Part shown: positions 1-14,711 of the stretch, piece after piece
Layout of the letters: every line of letters begins with the position of its first letter
How positions within the stretch are numbered: position 1 is the first letter of the stretch
From: Camelus dromedarius
Taxonomy: Eukaryota
DNA: 64,000 bases
Direction: 5' to 3'
NCBI RefSeq assembly: GCF_036321535.1
Contig: NC_087437.1
Location: forward strand, 95,110,001 to 95,174,000
The notes under the pieces: model-generated
Databases searched by the model: none
Told to the model about the DNA's origin: nothing
What the model saw: the letters and a program-made list of their open reading frames with translations, nothing else
Program-made: the position numbers and the translations under genes

Positions 1-99
1 GCTGAGATTTTTTTCCTGAGGTCATACTTGGATATTTAATTGGCAACTTGTCATCTTCATTTGGAGATTCTGGAAACATCCCAAACTCTCCACGTCTCA

Positions 100-1330
100 T
101 GCTGAATACATCACTTCTGTCCTTTCTCTCACCACATCCCATTCTTTTACTCTTGACCTTCACTGGGACTACGCTTACCCATTGCTCAGATCAGAAACTG
201 GGAATCTCTCTACACTCTGCTTCTCTCCCATCCTGTGCATTTTTCATTTCCATCTCCCATAGTGCCAGTGAGTGGATTCTGTGGATATTATAACTATTTC
301 TAGATTCTTCTGTCAACTGAAAAAAAATGCATAACCTAAAAGTTGAGCATATGTTTTATACAGTGGACTTTCTGAGGACTCAAGCCTGGGAGGTGGCCTC
401 TGATATCACTCTAAGGGACTACTCCCAAGAGATAGGGGAGGAGCCAGGATATCTAGGAGTTTTTGTAACAAGGGCTAGGTAGTCGGAACATCAAAAGATT
501 ATTGTTAAAGAAAGCCAGATATTTTGAGTTAAGAAATTTAGTACTTTTCTACGTATGGGGAGGTACAAAAGTCTGGGTTCATTGAAATCATTTTTTTGAT
601 ATACACCTAGCTATCTAGGCTCACTATCCTCTTCTCTCACATCCTGAATCCCTTCAGGGTGCACTGCTGTGGGTGGCAGCGGAGGCTGGGCTCCCTGCTT
701 GTCTCCATCCTGAATTCCCTCTGCTCACTGTTCAGGGTGGCAGTAGTAGCTGATGACTCAATGGCCACACCATCCTTTGTTTACTGCTATGGCTGGCAAT
801 GGCAACATTTTTCATTCACACATCTATCTTCTCTTCTGCCTATCAATATCCAAGTTTAAGCTTTCAGAATTTATTGTTTCAAGAATGTAAATGCGTTCTA
901 ACTATTCCTTTCCCAGCTTAGCCTGCTACAGTCTAATTTCAGACTACCAATTTTGAGCTCCTTAAAGCCAAACTTACAAGCAATTCCTTGCTTAAAAATA
1001 TACTAATGTTCTTGTTGCCTTCAGATAGGTTCCAGAACTTTGGCTTGATGTACAAAGCCCATCACATTATGGCTTCTTCAGGCACATGCTTCCTAATCTC
1101 TGACATCCCCCTTATACTGAGGCCATTCTCACTTACCTATAGGTCCCACAAGTGTACCATATTCTTTTGTAGCTGTGCCTCTGAGTGAAATCATCTTTCT
1201 TTCCCTCCTGACTCATTTTTCAAGACTCACCTCAGGTTTCATGTGTCAGCATGCCTTCTCTGTCTGCCTTTCTCCAGCAGTCTTAAGTGCCCTTTCTTTG
1301 TATTCTCATAGCAACGTATGCATCCTTGTT
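100..1330 (+). mobile_element. Ancient L2 LINE fragment split by the solo LTR
   Basis: Degenerate L2-like motifs on both sides of the LTR (ttgctcagatcagaaactgggaatc; cttgcttaaaaa...ttgccttcagatagg...tacaaagccc). Confidence 0.55.
311..820 (-). mobile_element. Solo ERV1-class LTR (MER41-like, cetartiodactyl type)
   Basis: About 510 bp bounded by TG (311) and CA (820), with near-identical 4-bp flanks cttc/catc. Start tgtcaactgaaaaaaaatgcataacctaaaagttgag resembles recalled MER41-like LTRs of ungulates. It interrupts an older L2. Confidence 0.7.
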
Positions 1331-2249
1331 TCCCATGTGAATATAAATGAAATTTACTTAAATTAAATACATATTACCTCAGCAGTTGATCCTCATTAGC
1401 ATCCACCTTTCATAATTACAGCTGGAATAATGGCCAGTAATATATTATAATGCTTTATTTTCTAAAGTTCTACAGCACTCATAATTGAGTAATCTGAAAT
1501 CCAATTTAAATTTCATTTGACTTCAGTATAGCCTTTGCAAAAGACCATGAGTTTCCAAGTAATTTTTTCCCTAGTTGCTGGTTTATTTCATCCTTTTTTA
1601 GAGCCTGGTTTCACTTAGAGGATTTATAGTATGCTGTATACCATGCCCTGAACTAAAGCTATTTCTCAATATTTCTGATTATAAAACTGTTACTTGACAT
1701 TTCAAATTATATATATTTTTTTGTTTCATGGTGGATATAAGCAAGTCATAGACCTTTTAGTCTCATCACTCTTTTATGATTTCATTAAGAAAAAATACTA
1801 ATTACAGTAGTTACAAGTTAGAAATATAGATAAACTCTATGCAGAACTTACTGCCTAATAAAGGTTAAAGTATGCATGTACAGTTACAATTAAAAATAAT
1901 CTTGTAAAGTGTCTTTATAGTATGCATGATTTTTAAGCTTCAGATCATTCCACTCAAACAGGGTCTTGCTATTAGCACTGTATTCATTTTTTAATTTACT
2001 CAACACATTTTTATTATCTCTAGTGTGCTCAAGCATCAGAGAAACAACCATGAGCAAAATCAGACCCACAGATCTTACAGAGTAATGGGAAAGACAAGAC
2101 AATATTCAGAACATCAAATAAATTTAAATTATAATTCTGATCATTTTGCCAAGAGTAGTTTTTTACCCTTGCTTAAGGGAGTATTTACGTTTTGCTGTAA
2201 AGATCAGGGATGGTAGAGATTTAAAAGACTGGGTATAAACTAGGGTGAG

Positions 2250-2810
2250 ACCATTTTGGGCCCAGACCCTGTGACAGGCACAGGCCTGAGGCAGGAGGAA
2301 GCCTAATATATTTGTGAAACTAACAGAAGACTAGGGTGAAGAAAGCAGAGAAAGGAGTGGGACAGAAAGTCTGGAGAGCTGGACAGGGTAATGAACACAC
2401 TGACTGTTGCAGGTCTTGTTAAGGATTTCATCTTAAGAGCAATGAGTTTATTTTAAGAGCCAGATTGTATTTGCATTTCAAAGCTTTCATTTGGCTGCAC
2501 TGAAGTGAAGCTATTTAAAAGCTATCCTAAATCCTGGTGGGAACCTAGAGTAGTTTGATCTGGGATGGTAGCAGGCTGCAGAGATTGAGATGAGTAGATT
2601 CATTTGAGAAATTTGGGAGAGGATTAAGGGATAGAAAGAGAGGTGTCAAGGAAGACTGGTTTCTACTTTTCATTATTCATTGAGAGTAGAACATTAGATG
2701 GGAACAAGGTTTAAGGTTTGGTTGTTGAATCTGGGAACTCTCTAAGATTTTTACATATTAAATCTGTTCATGGCAACCCTAAGGTAGGAATATCAAAACT
2801 ATGAAACTGG
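2250..2810 (-). mobile_element. L2 LINE fragment
   Basis: Purine-rich degenerate sequence typical of antisense L2 (gtcttgttaaggatttcatcttaagagcaatg; gagtagattcatttgagaaattt). Confidence 0.5.
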
Positions 2811-3552
2811 ATCCTTGTTTTAGAGATTATAATCTTGTTGGAAAAAAATAAGGTACAGACAAAATATTTGTGACACACACACTCAAGATTTCACTTATTA
2901 AGTAATAATACATAAGGTCTAGAATGTAGAAAAAAGGGAAAACTATCCTTTTCCATTTAATATTATATTTAATTACTTAAACTCAATTATTTAACATCTT
3001 TGAAGTCTACTAAAATGTTAACATAATTATTGGAGACTAATGGACTTAATTTATCAATTAAGGGGACAATATATTTTATATACTTTTTTATTATTTAAAA
3101 AGATATGAAAGTCTATATAAAGAATGGTTTCATCATATATATTTCAACATAAATGTTCATTGGTGTATAGCATATGTTTTGTTAAAGTGTTGATTGATGT
3201 TAGTTAAAAAGGGATTCCGGGAAGCCATGCCATTATTTGTAGTTGTCAACAATTCTGTAACACATTCCTCTGCAGAAACAGGCACGGACATAGTACAGAC
3301 AGACAGGGTGATGGGTTCTGAAAGAATCTGTGGACAAGGGATTTGGAGAACAGACAGGATTTGTACAGGCGAAATTTTAGCAAGAGCACTTTCTAAGTGG
3401 ACGGTCGAAAGGATTCAGGAATGAGAAGTTATAGTCAAGGAGGACACCAGAAGGATTAGGAAGAGGAAGTCAATATTATGCAGTGTTTAGATAGTAGTGT
3501 TGATGCCCGGGCTTTTGAAATGAGACTTAATTGTTTTCAAGTGATGATTTGA

Positions 3553-3909
<357 letters not shown>

Positions 3910-6900
3910 TAAAATGGATTTTCTGTGTTTGGGGGAGGGGCGGACCAAGTGGGATCATTTGCCTTGATCGTGGTAATGAAACATTAAGCCTGCATCACAG
4001 GCTTTCCTTGAGGAAAATCTCTACATTTGCATGTGAATATAATCTACTATTTGTTTGAATTTTCTACGTTTCTCATCTGAGCTGGTTATTCAAGCTAAAT
4101 TGGGATTTATACATAGTGGCTGAACTGTTTTACTTTTGGAGCTGTTTTCTGTTGACCATTCTCACTGAAAAGGATTTACTCTTCTCCTTTGTTCCTTTTA
4201 AATATGGTGAATTTAAGTATGTTTATATAAAAAGTACAGTGTAGGATTTTTTCATGTGTCTTCATGAAGAGAAATACTTTCAACTGGTAATGTAAGGTAT
4301 GGTTTTAAACTGTTTCTAATTCTTAGAAATATATTACACTTTTACTAAAGCTATAGCCAGAGAAGTGTATGATTATGCCTCATACTTTATTATCATGGCT
4401 ACTGTAGTGCACCCTGGGAGGAAAACATGTGGATGGAATCTGCAGGGGGTTCATGGTTCACTTTATTTATACAAATACCAAAGGCTGCTCATTTGACATT
4501 ACATCAAAAAGGATTTGGTTGACTAATGATTAAATGGTTACATCTAGAGTCTAGATGTGTATTGTATTTGAATTAGAATTAGGCTTTTTTTTAATTTTCA
4601 GTAAGCATTCAAGAGGTAACCAGAAAATTTTGTTCCTTTGAAAGAATCCTGCTTCATATATGTATGTATGACAGGAATTGACACTTGTATAAAAATTGGA
4701 GAAAAAAATGAAATTTAGATCTAATTCACTATTAGTTTAACTATCTGTAATTTTATATGAAATTGTGTACAAAACTATATAGATATTTATATATAATGTT
4801 TTCCAGGTTGATTGATATTTTAATATAATTTATACATTTCAAAATTTTAGTTATAAAATCAGTTTTCATAATATCTAACATTGTCTCCAATATTCAACTA
4901 GAACATAAATACATAGAACCACAGATAATTATAAAATTATAGACACAAAAAGGAATTTAGAGAAGGATTATTCCAACTTAATCATATTATTAATGTGAAA
5001 TCTGCCCTAGAGAATTTAGATGATTTGATCTTACTCACAGAACCATGTGGTACTTAAGTTGAGACAAAATGCCAAAGATAGTCCGATATGGGTATAAAAT
5101 TTAATTAGATAGAATAAAAAATTAAAGTAACCATTTAAAACTAGGTCAGAACTAGCAATTCACATTTTAAGAACATTTACGTGAAACCCAAGTTTATATT
5201 TCTCTATTTATAGTTACCTGATAATTAACTTATTGTACTTTTTCATATTGCTTTGATTCTCAACGAAGGTCTTAGAACTAAACCAGTGAGATGTATAAAA
5301 GCTATCATCACAACAGAAAGCTATTTTTCTTTTTCTTTTTTAAGCTCAACTTTAAATGTGGCACAAAGAAAGGAATTTTAACGGTTCAATTTGTTTATAA
5401 GAAGAAGTATATGTTTTGATAAAGTCATCTTTCAAAGTTACGATATTAACACCTTTCTAACACTTGGCACCTCTATATTTAAGAATAGTTCTTTCCTGTG
5501 AAGATAAATGTAAGTTAATGTTTGAGAACAAATGTAGAGAATCAAGAAAGATGATGTAGATAACCTAGGCCAACTCCTGTATGTAGTATGTAAGAAACTG
5601 AACACCAGGAGGGGAAAACAGTGATTGTTTATTCTCCGGAATTATAATTCTTTAATATAAATGAGTTTGTACCAACAGAAATATCAAAGATCATCTTACC
5701 TTTCTGTGTTATTTTCTACTCTATTTACATTTTTATCATTGTCAAACTATTTTTTTTTAAGTTTATAGACTTGAATGGAGGATCTAAATGCTTACCATAT
5801 AGATTTTCCTTTTCAGAATACCTCTACTTTTACCTCAGATGATCAAGATATCCTTAGTGCATTGGGATTTAGAGACCTGTTTTTTTCTAATCTGGCTTTT
5901 GTGCAGACATTTTAAAAGACACTCTTAGTTTCCAGTTAAGTTCTTTCCCTAAGTTAGACATTCCATTACCTTGAGGGTGCATTATGGGAAAAGCTTTTGC
6001 AATCTTAGTTAACAAATACATGATCATGAAATTGAAACCAGACATAAGATCATTATATAACTTTTATCAGTAAAATATTCAAATATATGGTTCCTTAATG
6101 CATAGTTCACAAATTTTAATGGGATATTCCTCACATATTCCAAAATTCAACTTCCAGAGAAAAAAGTATTAAAATTTATTGAATAACAAGATACTCTAGA
6201 AAACACTTTAAGATTGTATTCAATAACAGTTTATATACTTGAGAAGGAAGAAGCATATAGATACTGTACATTTATCAAATATAATTTGATATTAAAAGGA
6301 GAGTTAGGTAATAAGATCCTTATTAGTGATAATAATTATTTGAAACTATAAAAAAAGTTTGAATACTGTTTGCTTCCAATAATTTTATAATAGTTAAATT
6401 GTAAAAATTGAAATCATGTTTTTGTTTAGATAAATTGTATTTATTTGGTCGCATAAGTTATATGGGAAAAATTAAGTACTCTGCAGTTAAAATAGTTTTT
6501 GTGTTTAAAAAATTTGTGGTTCAGAGCACTTCAAATAGATATGTAGTATTTAATTCACGTGTATTTCACATATTTATTTTAGCCAATGGTTACTGCTCAT
6601 TCAGCATTTTAAAATATGTTTGCATCCTAAAATCAAAACTAGCCTTTTGTATGTTACATAAATAATTGGAGGGGAAGGAGGGCAGGGAAATATGGGTCAT
6701 ATTTGTTATAGGTTAAATCTGTGAAGTGCTTTTATAGTTTGGTTTTATTATTTCCTGGAGAATATTACTACATATTTCCTTAGTTTAGGTACCAAAAGTT
6801 CAATAAGAACTGTTCTTATTCTTCCCAAAGGCTCAGACACAGGAAGACAAAGATTGCATCTAATTTCTTAGTGACGCTATAGCTCAAAGTAATAGCATTA

Positions 6901-9489
6901 ACAAAAATGTCTTGAGGCAAAATGGGTTTCAGAACACAGTTGTTGGTAATACTTTAAAAAACATTTATCTGTGTTTTATTTGCCTTTAAACCAAGTTTTA
7001 CAGCTGTAACAACAACTAGATCTCTTGGTTCCTAACAATTGTCAATCTCTCAAACACTGGGAAAAAAATATGGACTGTGAAAAAACCTTTGCTTCTATAT
7101 AGAAATGACAATATTCTTGTCTTCTGTGTTTTAATGTTCATTTAAATTTAAGTAATGCATCAAGAGGATTGCATTTATTGGTTATCTTTAAGATTATTTA
7201 TTTTCATTTTTATTTGAATTTGAATTATAAACAAGATAGACCTAGTGAAAAGCATTGGCCAACCTTTTGGTACTAATCCTTGCCATGTGGTAAGAGTGGT
7301 ATTCTTGGTCTTGAAAACTCAGTTTTGATGCAATAAAATTTATTTCACACAATTATTAAGTCTAAGAATTGAAATGCTAAGAAATATGTAGTAGTCCTTA
7401 TACTTAAAGTTTCCACCTTGAATTTTTAGAAGTTTACCTCTGTAAAGGAAAAGAATTTTTAATCACAGATGCATTTTTAAATTTTGTTAATTATTATTTT
7501 TCTTTGCAAACCGAAAATAATATATTTTGATAGGGACTTTAATTTGAAAATTTAGAAGATACTGTTGTTTCAAAGATTTATGAAAACTCACTGTTTATCT
7601 AACTCAGTTTCAAACCTAGCTTTCTAAAATGATCTTATAAATAGTATTTCCTTGTTTGTTTTGTGTTAGCGCTATTCTAGAGTTTACTAAACGTTTAGAA
7701 AAAAGTATTTTATGGGTTCATTATATCCATATTACCAGTTATTAAATATAGAACTTCATTTTATGCCTGGTACAAATTGATAACAGTTCTTTGACACGAC
7801 TTACATTTAATAAGTAATCTGATCTTGGGTAATTGCACTGAATTTTAGGGAAAATTATTTTGAACCTTGACCACACTTTCGATTGTAGAACATGGCTCTC
7901 TAAGTCATCTGCTAAGCAGTGCACAGTCAGCATATGGCTATTTCTTTCCTGTGTAAGCTGTTTTCTCCTGAGGAAGTGAAATTCCCTTCTGACTAGGCAG
8001 ACATCTGCTGGCTGTCTTAGCAGCAAACCAGAGAACTATCTTTCCAGGAAAAAAAAAAGTCCAATTAATCAGAGATTAAGTCTTTCCAGATTTTATTAAC
8101 TGGGCTGCTTTTTAATAGTGATTACTTTGAGGTAGAATGTTTATATTTTGAAGTAATATTTCCCACTGAAGTAATGTTTTTCCATTGCTCTCAATATATT
8201 ATGATCTTTTGTTGTCCTTGTTATTAAACAATTCTCCTTAAAGTGATTTAGTGTGTTCAGTTGACTTCTTAGGAAAACTTTTATTGTTTTTCCTCCAACT
8301 CACTTGACTGCTGTATATTAATCTTTAGCAAATACGTGGAAAGATCTTAAAGTGGGGACATGCTATGCATTTTCTTTCCTTTACTCCCAATCTCAGGTTA
8401 AGGAATATGATTATTAAGCTTTCAGAGATCATTTTTAAATAACTTAAAAGTTGTGCTTTATTTCTAAATACAGAACTAATATATGTTCACTATAGAACAT
8501 ACACAGTCTTTTAAAATACATACATGTTCTTGTAATCTCATTACCCAGAGTTAACCACTGTTGAAATTTGGGTGGATATCTTAACATCACTGTATGTTCT
8601 CTAGGGAAAACTATTTACTATTCAATTAATATTCAGTTCTTTCTTAGGTGGCCAAAAAGAGAATTGGCTATGTTAGAACACATAACTATGTCATAAAGAC
8701 TAAATGGAAGAGTTTAGCTCTAGATTGGATGCCACAAAATATCCTCCATCTCCTGTTTTATGTTACTACATATATCATCCTGGACCAGATTCAATCAAGT
8801 GATCTTGGGGTTAAAGTTTACATACTCCCTTACCAGTCTCATGAGCCACTCCTTCTATTTTCTCAAAAAGTAGATGGTGTTCATACATGCTGAAAAGTAC
8901 TAAGATAATTACTTCAACACTACTTGATGCTGAGATATAAAGTCCCTTGGGGTTTCCAGGAAATCAATTCAGTATTTAGTTATTTATGGGAAATTCTTGG
9001 CAGTGTCTCTTCATATCAACAATACTGACTTTATAAAACAATAAAATAACAAGGTAGATCTGGTTATCTCTTAAATCTTGTCATCATATCATTCTTCCTT
9101 TTAATCCTCCTAACTTACTTATGATTTAAATGCTAGACATCGTTCCCACATACACAAAGTTGAAGATGATTTGTATTTATTTTAAAATGTGGTTCAATGA
9201 CAAGTTGATCTAATAAAACATGCCTAAACATTCTTAGTATAATTAATTTAAATTAATACAAAATAAATTAACTTAAACTTGTCATTAATTACCAATTTAA
9301 AAATTTTTTTGTCAGGTTAGGCAAAATGTTTTGTTGAATGTTTTGAGGGTCATAAAAGTTCTTTGATCTCTTGTTACACAATGTGGGCATTAAACGTGCT
9401 GTTTTTAAAAAGTCAAGCATTAAATAAAAACATGAAGAATAAGAAAATATAGACTGTCCCCCTAAAATTGGTATTTTTTCCTAGATAAC

Positions 9490-9700
9490 TCTTTGCAGGC
9501 ATTCTGCTTAGTTCTAGCCGTTCAGTGGTGAACAAAAAAGGAAACATTTTCTGCCTTCATGGGAATTACCATAAAGGGATGTGATGACAGAAAATAAGTA
9601 ACTAACCATACAAATAACTTTATGTTTAAAATGGTGGTAAGTACGAGGAAGGATTGAAGTTAAGCTGAGAGCTGAAATACATGTGGCAAGAGACAGTGTT
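9490..9700 (-). mobile_element. L2 3'-end fragment
   Basis: gcaggcattctgcttagttct...cagtggtgaacaaaa...ctgccttcatgggaattac matches the L2 3' consensus pattern. Confidence 0.5.
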
Positions 9701-10807
9701 AGTTTGAAACAGGTGTATAATGGAGATGAAGAGAAAAACGAATATTAGACTTGGAGATTGAAGAGTTGGTTAAATTTTGGAGGGTGAAACAGTAGAAGTT
9801 GAAATTTTGCAAGAAATACAATTATTGGTGATGGCTAAGTCAAGGTCAAGGCTATGAACCATGCAAGTCATAGAACTGAGAGTTCGGATTAGCTTATGTT
9901 AGCTTTGATGGTTGACAGTTGTTCAGTTTGCTGCAGTCCCTCACAGTCCCAAGATACGGCACCTTCCTCTGTTCCCTCAGCCTGGAATGTTCTTGTTTTC
10001 CTGTTCCACTGGTCCCTCTCCTAAGAACTACCTCCTCTGGAGCCATATGTGACTAAGTGTCCAGCACCATTCCTGGCCCACTGTAAGTGATATGATCTAA
10101 CATGTAACTTGGAAATGTTTTATCCCACGTGTGAGGAACATCATAAATCATCAGAATGCCACTTCAAGGACCAATCTAATTTCTACACAACTTCTCTGTA
10201 AAGGCAAGTAGTTCCCATGACCTCAAACACTCATTTACTCATTTGAAGGCACAGCACTTAGAATGGAGTCTTGGTACTATTTCACTGGGGTTTTTTCTTT
10301 CTTTCAAGGTTTTGGAATATTTAATTAGCTCCTCTGGGAATAACGTAACTTGGGAAATTTAGTTGACTTCCAGTAGTACCAGTAGCCAAAAGAACTTTTT
10401 TAAGCTCTGATACATGTGGAACTGGCTCTCTAAGTGTAGTGAGCCCCTCAGAGTAACATCAGCCTGTGCCTATGATTGTAAAGACTGGCTGATAGAAAAC
10501 AGAGGCATTTAAACCTCCTGACTGATAAGGAAACAGTTAATATTCACAGTACCTGAAGGGGTTTCCTGAAGTTCCCTTAAGAAAGTTTACATATGCAAAA
10601 CAGGACTTAAACATTTTTACTTTCTCTTTGTCTTTCTGGATAGGGGGAAAAAGTGAAAAAATTAGTATTCTGGAAAGTAGAATTATTTGCATTCTTATAC
10701 TTTGCCAGTAATCTGTATATTATCTGTAAAGCTATTATAGTATAGTAGATTTATAGTTAATGAAGCAAATTTGACAGGAAATTAAAGAAAAATTGCCACG
10801 TAGTAAT

Positions 10808-10932
10808 TAAAAAAAAATTGGGAGGAAGTAGGTAATTAGGCTTATTTATTTTTAGAGGAGGTACTGGGGATTGAACCCAGGACCCTGTGCATGCTAGGCA
10901 TGTGTTCTAGCGCTTGAGCTATGTCCTTCCCC
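10808..10932 (-). mobile_element. tRNA-derived SINE (camelid-type), near full length
   Basis: Minus strand reads GGGGAAGGACATAGCTCAAGCGCTAG (A box) ... GGGTTCAATCCCCAGTACCTCC (B box). Flanked by an imperfect TSD tgccacgtagtaat (10794-10807) / tgcaacatagtaat (10933-10946). Confidence 0.85.
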
Positions 10933-11179
10933 TGCAACATAGTAATGTTTTAAATTTCTTATTGCAATCTTAGGCTTTGATCTATGGTTGATAAAATTTT
11001 TTTTTTCAAAAGCTTAGTTAAAATAAGATGTAAAAACCAATGAAAATCTAGATGCTGCAATAATTAGGCACGATATGGATAAGAAAGAGAGGAAACTCAC
11101 TTGGATGGTACTGTGTCCAGCCACGTGTGGGGGAGGCAAACTCGGATGTGGGAAGGACTAGGTCTACTACAGCCTTTAG

Positions 11180-11340
11180 GATCCTACTCAAAATACGGTC
11201 CATGGACCAGCAGCATTGGCATCAGCTGGTAGCAAGTTAGAGATGTAGGGCCCCACTGTGGGACCGCCTGAATCAGACCCTGTATTTAAACAGTATTTTA
11301 AGGTGACTTCATATGCAAATTCAAGTTTGAGAAGTGCTGG
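11180..11340. mobile_element. MER5-family hAT-Charlie non-autonomous DNA transposon
   Basis: ctactcaaaatacggtccatggaccagcagcattggcatca ... tcaagtttgagaagtgctgg are characteristic MER5 termini. Confidence 0.7.
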
Positions 11341-13559
11341 TATACACTGTGCTAATCTGGCGTTCACAGACCCATGCTCGTCCCTGAAGCCCGAAACTTC
11401 TTTTGGGAATGTGACCCCAATGTGGTTGGTTTTTAAAAAGAGAATCAGGGGAGACATGATTTCAGGTGGATTATTCTGGGTTTCTAAACCAGTAAGGAGT
11501 GGAGGCCAGGGAAAGCTGGCGGGGTAAGAGACTGGTAGAGACAGCGTTCAGGGGCAGAAATGGAGAGAGAGAAAAACATAGAAAGAAAAGCACAAGAGGG
11601 ACACAGAGGGAAACAAAGTCAGAGTAACAGAGAAAGAGACTCAAAAAGAAGGAGGGGGTGGGTGTGGGAGAGAGAGCGCGCAGGTGGGCATGTGTGAGCC
11701 GGTGGGGGTAGCGTGGGGGCGGGGCGGGTACTGATATGATAGGGTTAAGTTTGGAAGAGCAGAGAAATACATTTGTCTGAATGAATAAGGGGAAAAAAAT
11801 ATTTCCTATGTATGAATATTTACAGATAGTGGAATGTTAAGCAGAGAAGATACTCAAACTTTTTTTAATATCCATACCATTGTATATCAAGGAAATTAAT
11901 AGGTGAAATGTGTCATAGGTATCTTTAAGTAAATTAATGGAAGGCTGTATTCACTTAGAATAACCCAAAAGTGAAATGCTAGAGTCTTTATTTAATGTTA
12001 CATTTTCTAGAATGCGAACTATTAAAAAAAAAAAACTAGGTTTTATTAATAAGAGCAGAACTGTGCTGGAAGGGTCACTGGGAAATCGTTTAATATATCC
12101 TTCTGATTTTTAGTTTAAATTACCTGAAGATCATTTGTTGTATTAAATGAGGTTCAGAATAAAAGATTTTCTAGCCTCCATCATCAACATTCCTTATGTT
12201 CATCAGCATATGTTAACACAAAGTTATTACCTCAGTTTACCTAAATTCTATTCTACAGCTTGTCTTCCTTTCATTTTATATGTTGATAACAGAAGAGCAG
12301 TTTTAAAACTATAGCAGCTCATATGTTTGAGGATCGTTATTAAGTGGGACCTAATTTTTAATAAAGTACATCTGATGTTTAATTTAGGTTTCTGAGTATA
12401 ATAAAACAGTTTCTAATCTCAGTCTCTTAGGACCCAACATGGAAATTGTAGCTTTAGTAACATTTTAAGTTATGTCGTATTTAACCTAAGGTTTAAATTG
12501 AAGTTTTAATAGCATGTATGACATTTTACACTTGTCAAAAGAAATAAAAGTTTATGACCAAGTTATTTAGTATGTCTGAATGGGGACATTTTTAATCTTA
12601 TCCAGTGAATGATGGAGTAAAACTTAGAATAAAAGCAAGAGAGTTAAAAAGAAAGTGGGAAAGGACACCCTTCCACAAAGGATTTATATTCAGTCTCAAT
12701 CTCTTCCTTTCCATCACTCTATATCTCTTCACTACATAATACTGTACTTTCTCTAGATTGAGTCACATTAAGTTACCCTTTGATTAGATTCCTATCTCAG
12801 TCAGACACTAGAAAATGGATTAGGAGACTGTGTTTGATGTAGGACATTGATGGCACTTCAATCATATAATCCAGCACTTGTCATAACTAACCCAAGTGAC
12901 TTCCCTTAGTTCTAAAATGGATGTGTAGAGCAGGTTGCAACCTTGTTGAATCTTGCTTAAGGGAATTCTTGGAAAATATGATTACAGCATGCTTTCCTTT
13001 GGGACCACCTCAAGAAAGAAAGCAACAGTGAGCCAAAATGTCACAGGAGAGGAGGAAATGTTGTGTGGCCAGTAGACTGAGATCTGTTGACAGTTCCTTT
13101 TTCCTCCACTTTTCTCATCTTTTGCCTAAATCATCACAATCTAGAACTTGCATGAGCTCATAATTCTGTGGTTAGACTCTGAAACATTGGTAGACAATAA
13201 AGGCAGTTTCTTAGCCCCTTTCTTTTTCTTTCATTCTTTTTAGAAAGTAATTACCACTTAGGTCTCTGTATAGTTTCCCATGAAATAGGTTCTTTCTGGA
13301 CTATGTTGGTTGTCATTCTTCAATCTCCTTCAAAAGATTGATCATCAACTGCAGGTGAGTAACAATACATTTCTTATAACCTATTCCAAGAGGAGTTTGT
13401 GTTCTTTTAACACAAGGGGCTCTCTTAAACCATTAACTGGATGGCTCTTATCCAAAGAGTGTGTTAATGGAAACTTCGTAGTTAGATATGATTAATTCTG
13501 TCATTAAGTTAACACAAATTTTGTTCTCAGCAAACTCAATAAATGTTTATTTAGCATAG

Positions 13560-13730
13560 CTCTCTGGCCTTGGTGAAGTAACTTAGCCTCTCCATGTTTT
13601 CATTCTCACCTGTAAAATAGGGAAATTGTTCCACTTACCTTATACAGATTTGGGAAGGATTAAGTAAGTGAGCATGCATCATGTGCTTAGAGCTGTGCCT
13701 GGCCAACAGCGAGCGCTGTGTGAATGGCAG
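13560..13730 (+). mobile_element. MIR SINE
   Basis: MIR core: ggccttggtgaagtaacttagcctctc...cacctgtaaaatagg...aaggattaagtaag...gtgcttagagctgtgcctggc. Confidence 0.8.
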
Positions 13731-14711
13731 TGATTGTTCCATGTGCTATTTACTGTGCTAGGCACATTATGAGGTTGACTTCTTCCATTCCTGTGGTCCC
13801 AAAGACTGTATCTCTTTATTTCAGGAAGGGGGATGCTGAAAATCTAACGCCATATATGGTTACATTTAGAAAACGCTTGCTGTTCCCAGAGGCAGTCATC
13901 TTCTATACACAAATGTATTTAAAATCCACAAAAATGTTTGTGAATAGATAGGTATTTTTCATATATCAGTACATGGTATGTCTTTGATGGCCTACTTTCG
14001 AGGATTTGTAAAGCAATTGTTATTGACCTAGTTAGTATTTCAATATTTGATTGTGGTCTCTCAAAATATGTTCCAGTGAATTGTTTCTATGAGCTGTTAA
14101 AAAAAATAATCTGGAAAATACATCTTTAAACAAATCTCTTTTCTATAAGACTTCAGAGCTTTCAAAGTATTAGCGAATGGTATGAAACACAAGTAGGAGA
14201 TCGAAATTATTGTGATTCCCCCACTTAAATGAACTGTCCAAATATTATTTTCAGAAATAAATTTTTGATGCACGTTGATATTTGGTACTTTGTGGGAGGA
14301 CACACAGTTTCAAAAGTGTCTGTGTATCAAATTCAGCTGTGTGGTTATCTTCTTGGTTCCTTTGTTTTAAGATCATAAGAGTAAGAATACGATATATAAT
14401 TGTTTTCATTTTGTGTCCAGGTAGGTTTTCTTCTACATCAGCATGTTGAAGGCCATAACAGGGATCCATTCAACATTCCAAACATAGGCAATTTAAATAT
14501 GGTACTTTATCAAAACTTTGCAAAGAGATGCTTAGCGCAGTGTGTGGCCTTACCCTTCTCTCTCAGTAATATCCTGTTACTCTTAATAGCCTTGACCTCA
14601 GCTTTCTAAACTTTGTCTTCTATTATGGGTATAATTTACCTCTTGCGGACATTTGACACAGCTGACCTTCTTTGTGAAATATCCTCTTCACCAGAATTTC
14701 ATGGCACCCAG

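Noticed and set aside
10808..10932. tRNA gene
   Set aside because: A and B boxes are present, but it has a SINE tail, a TSD and a second related copy at 16.3 kb, and no clean cloverleaf.
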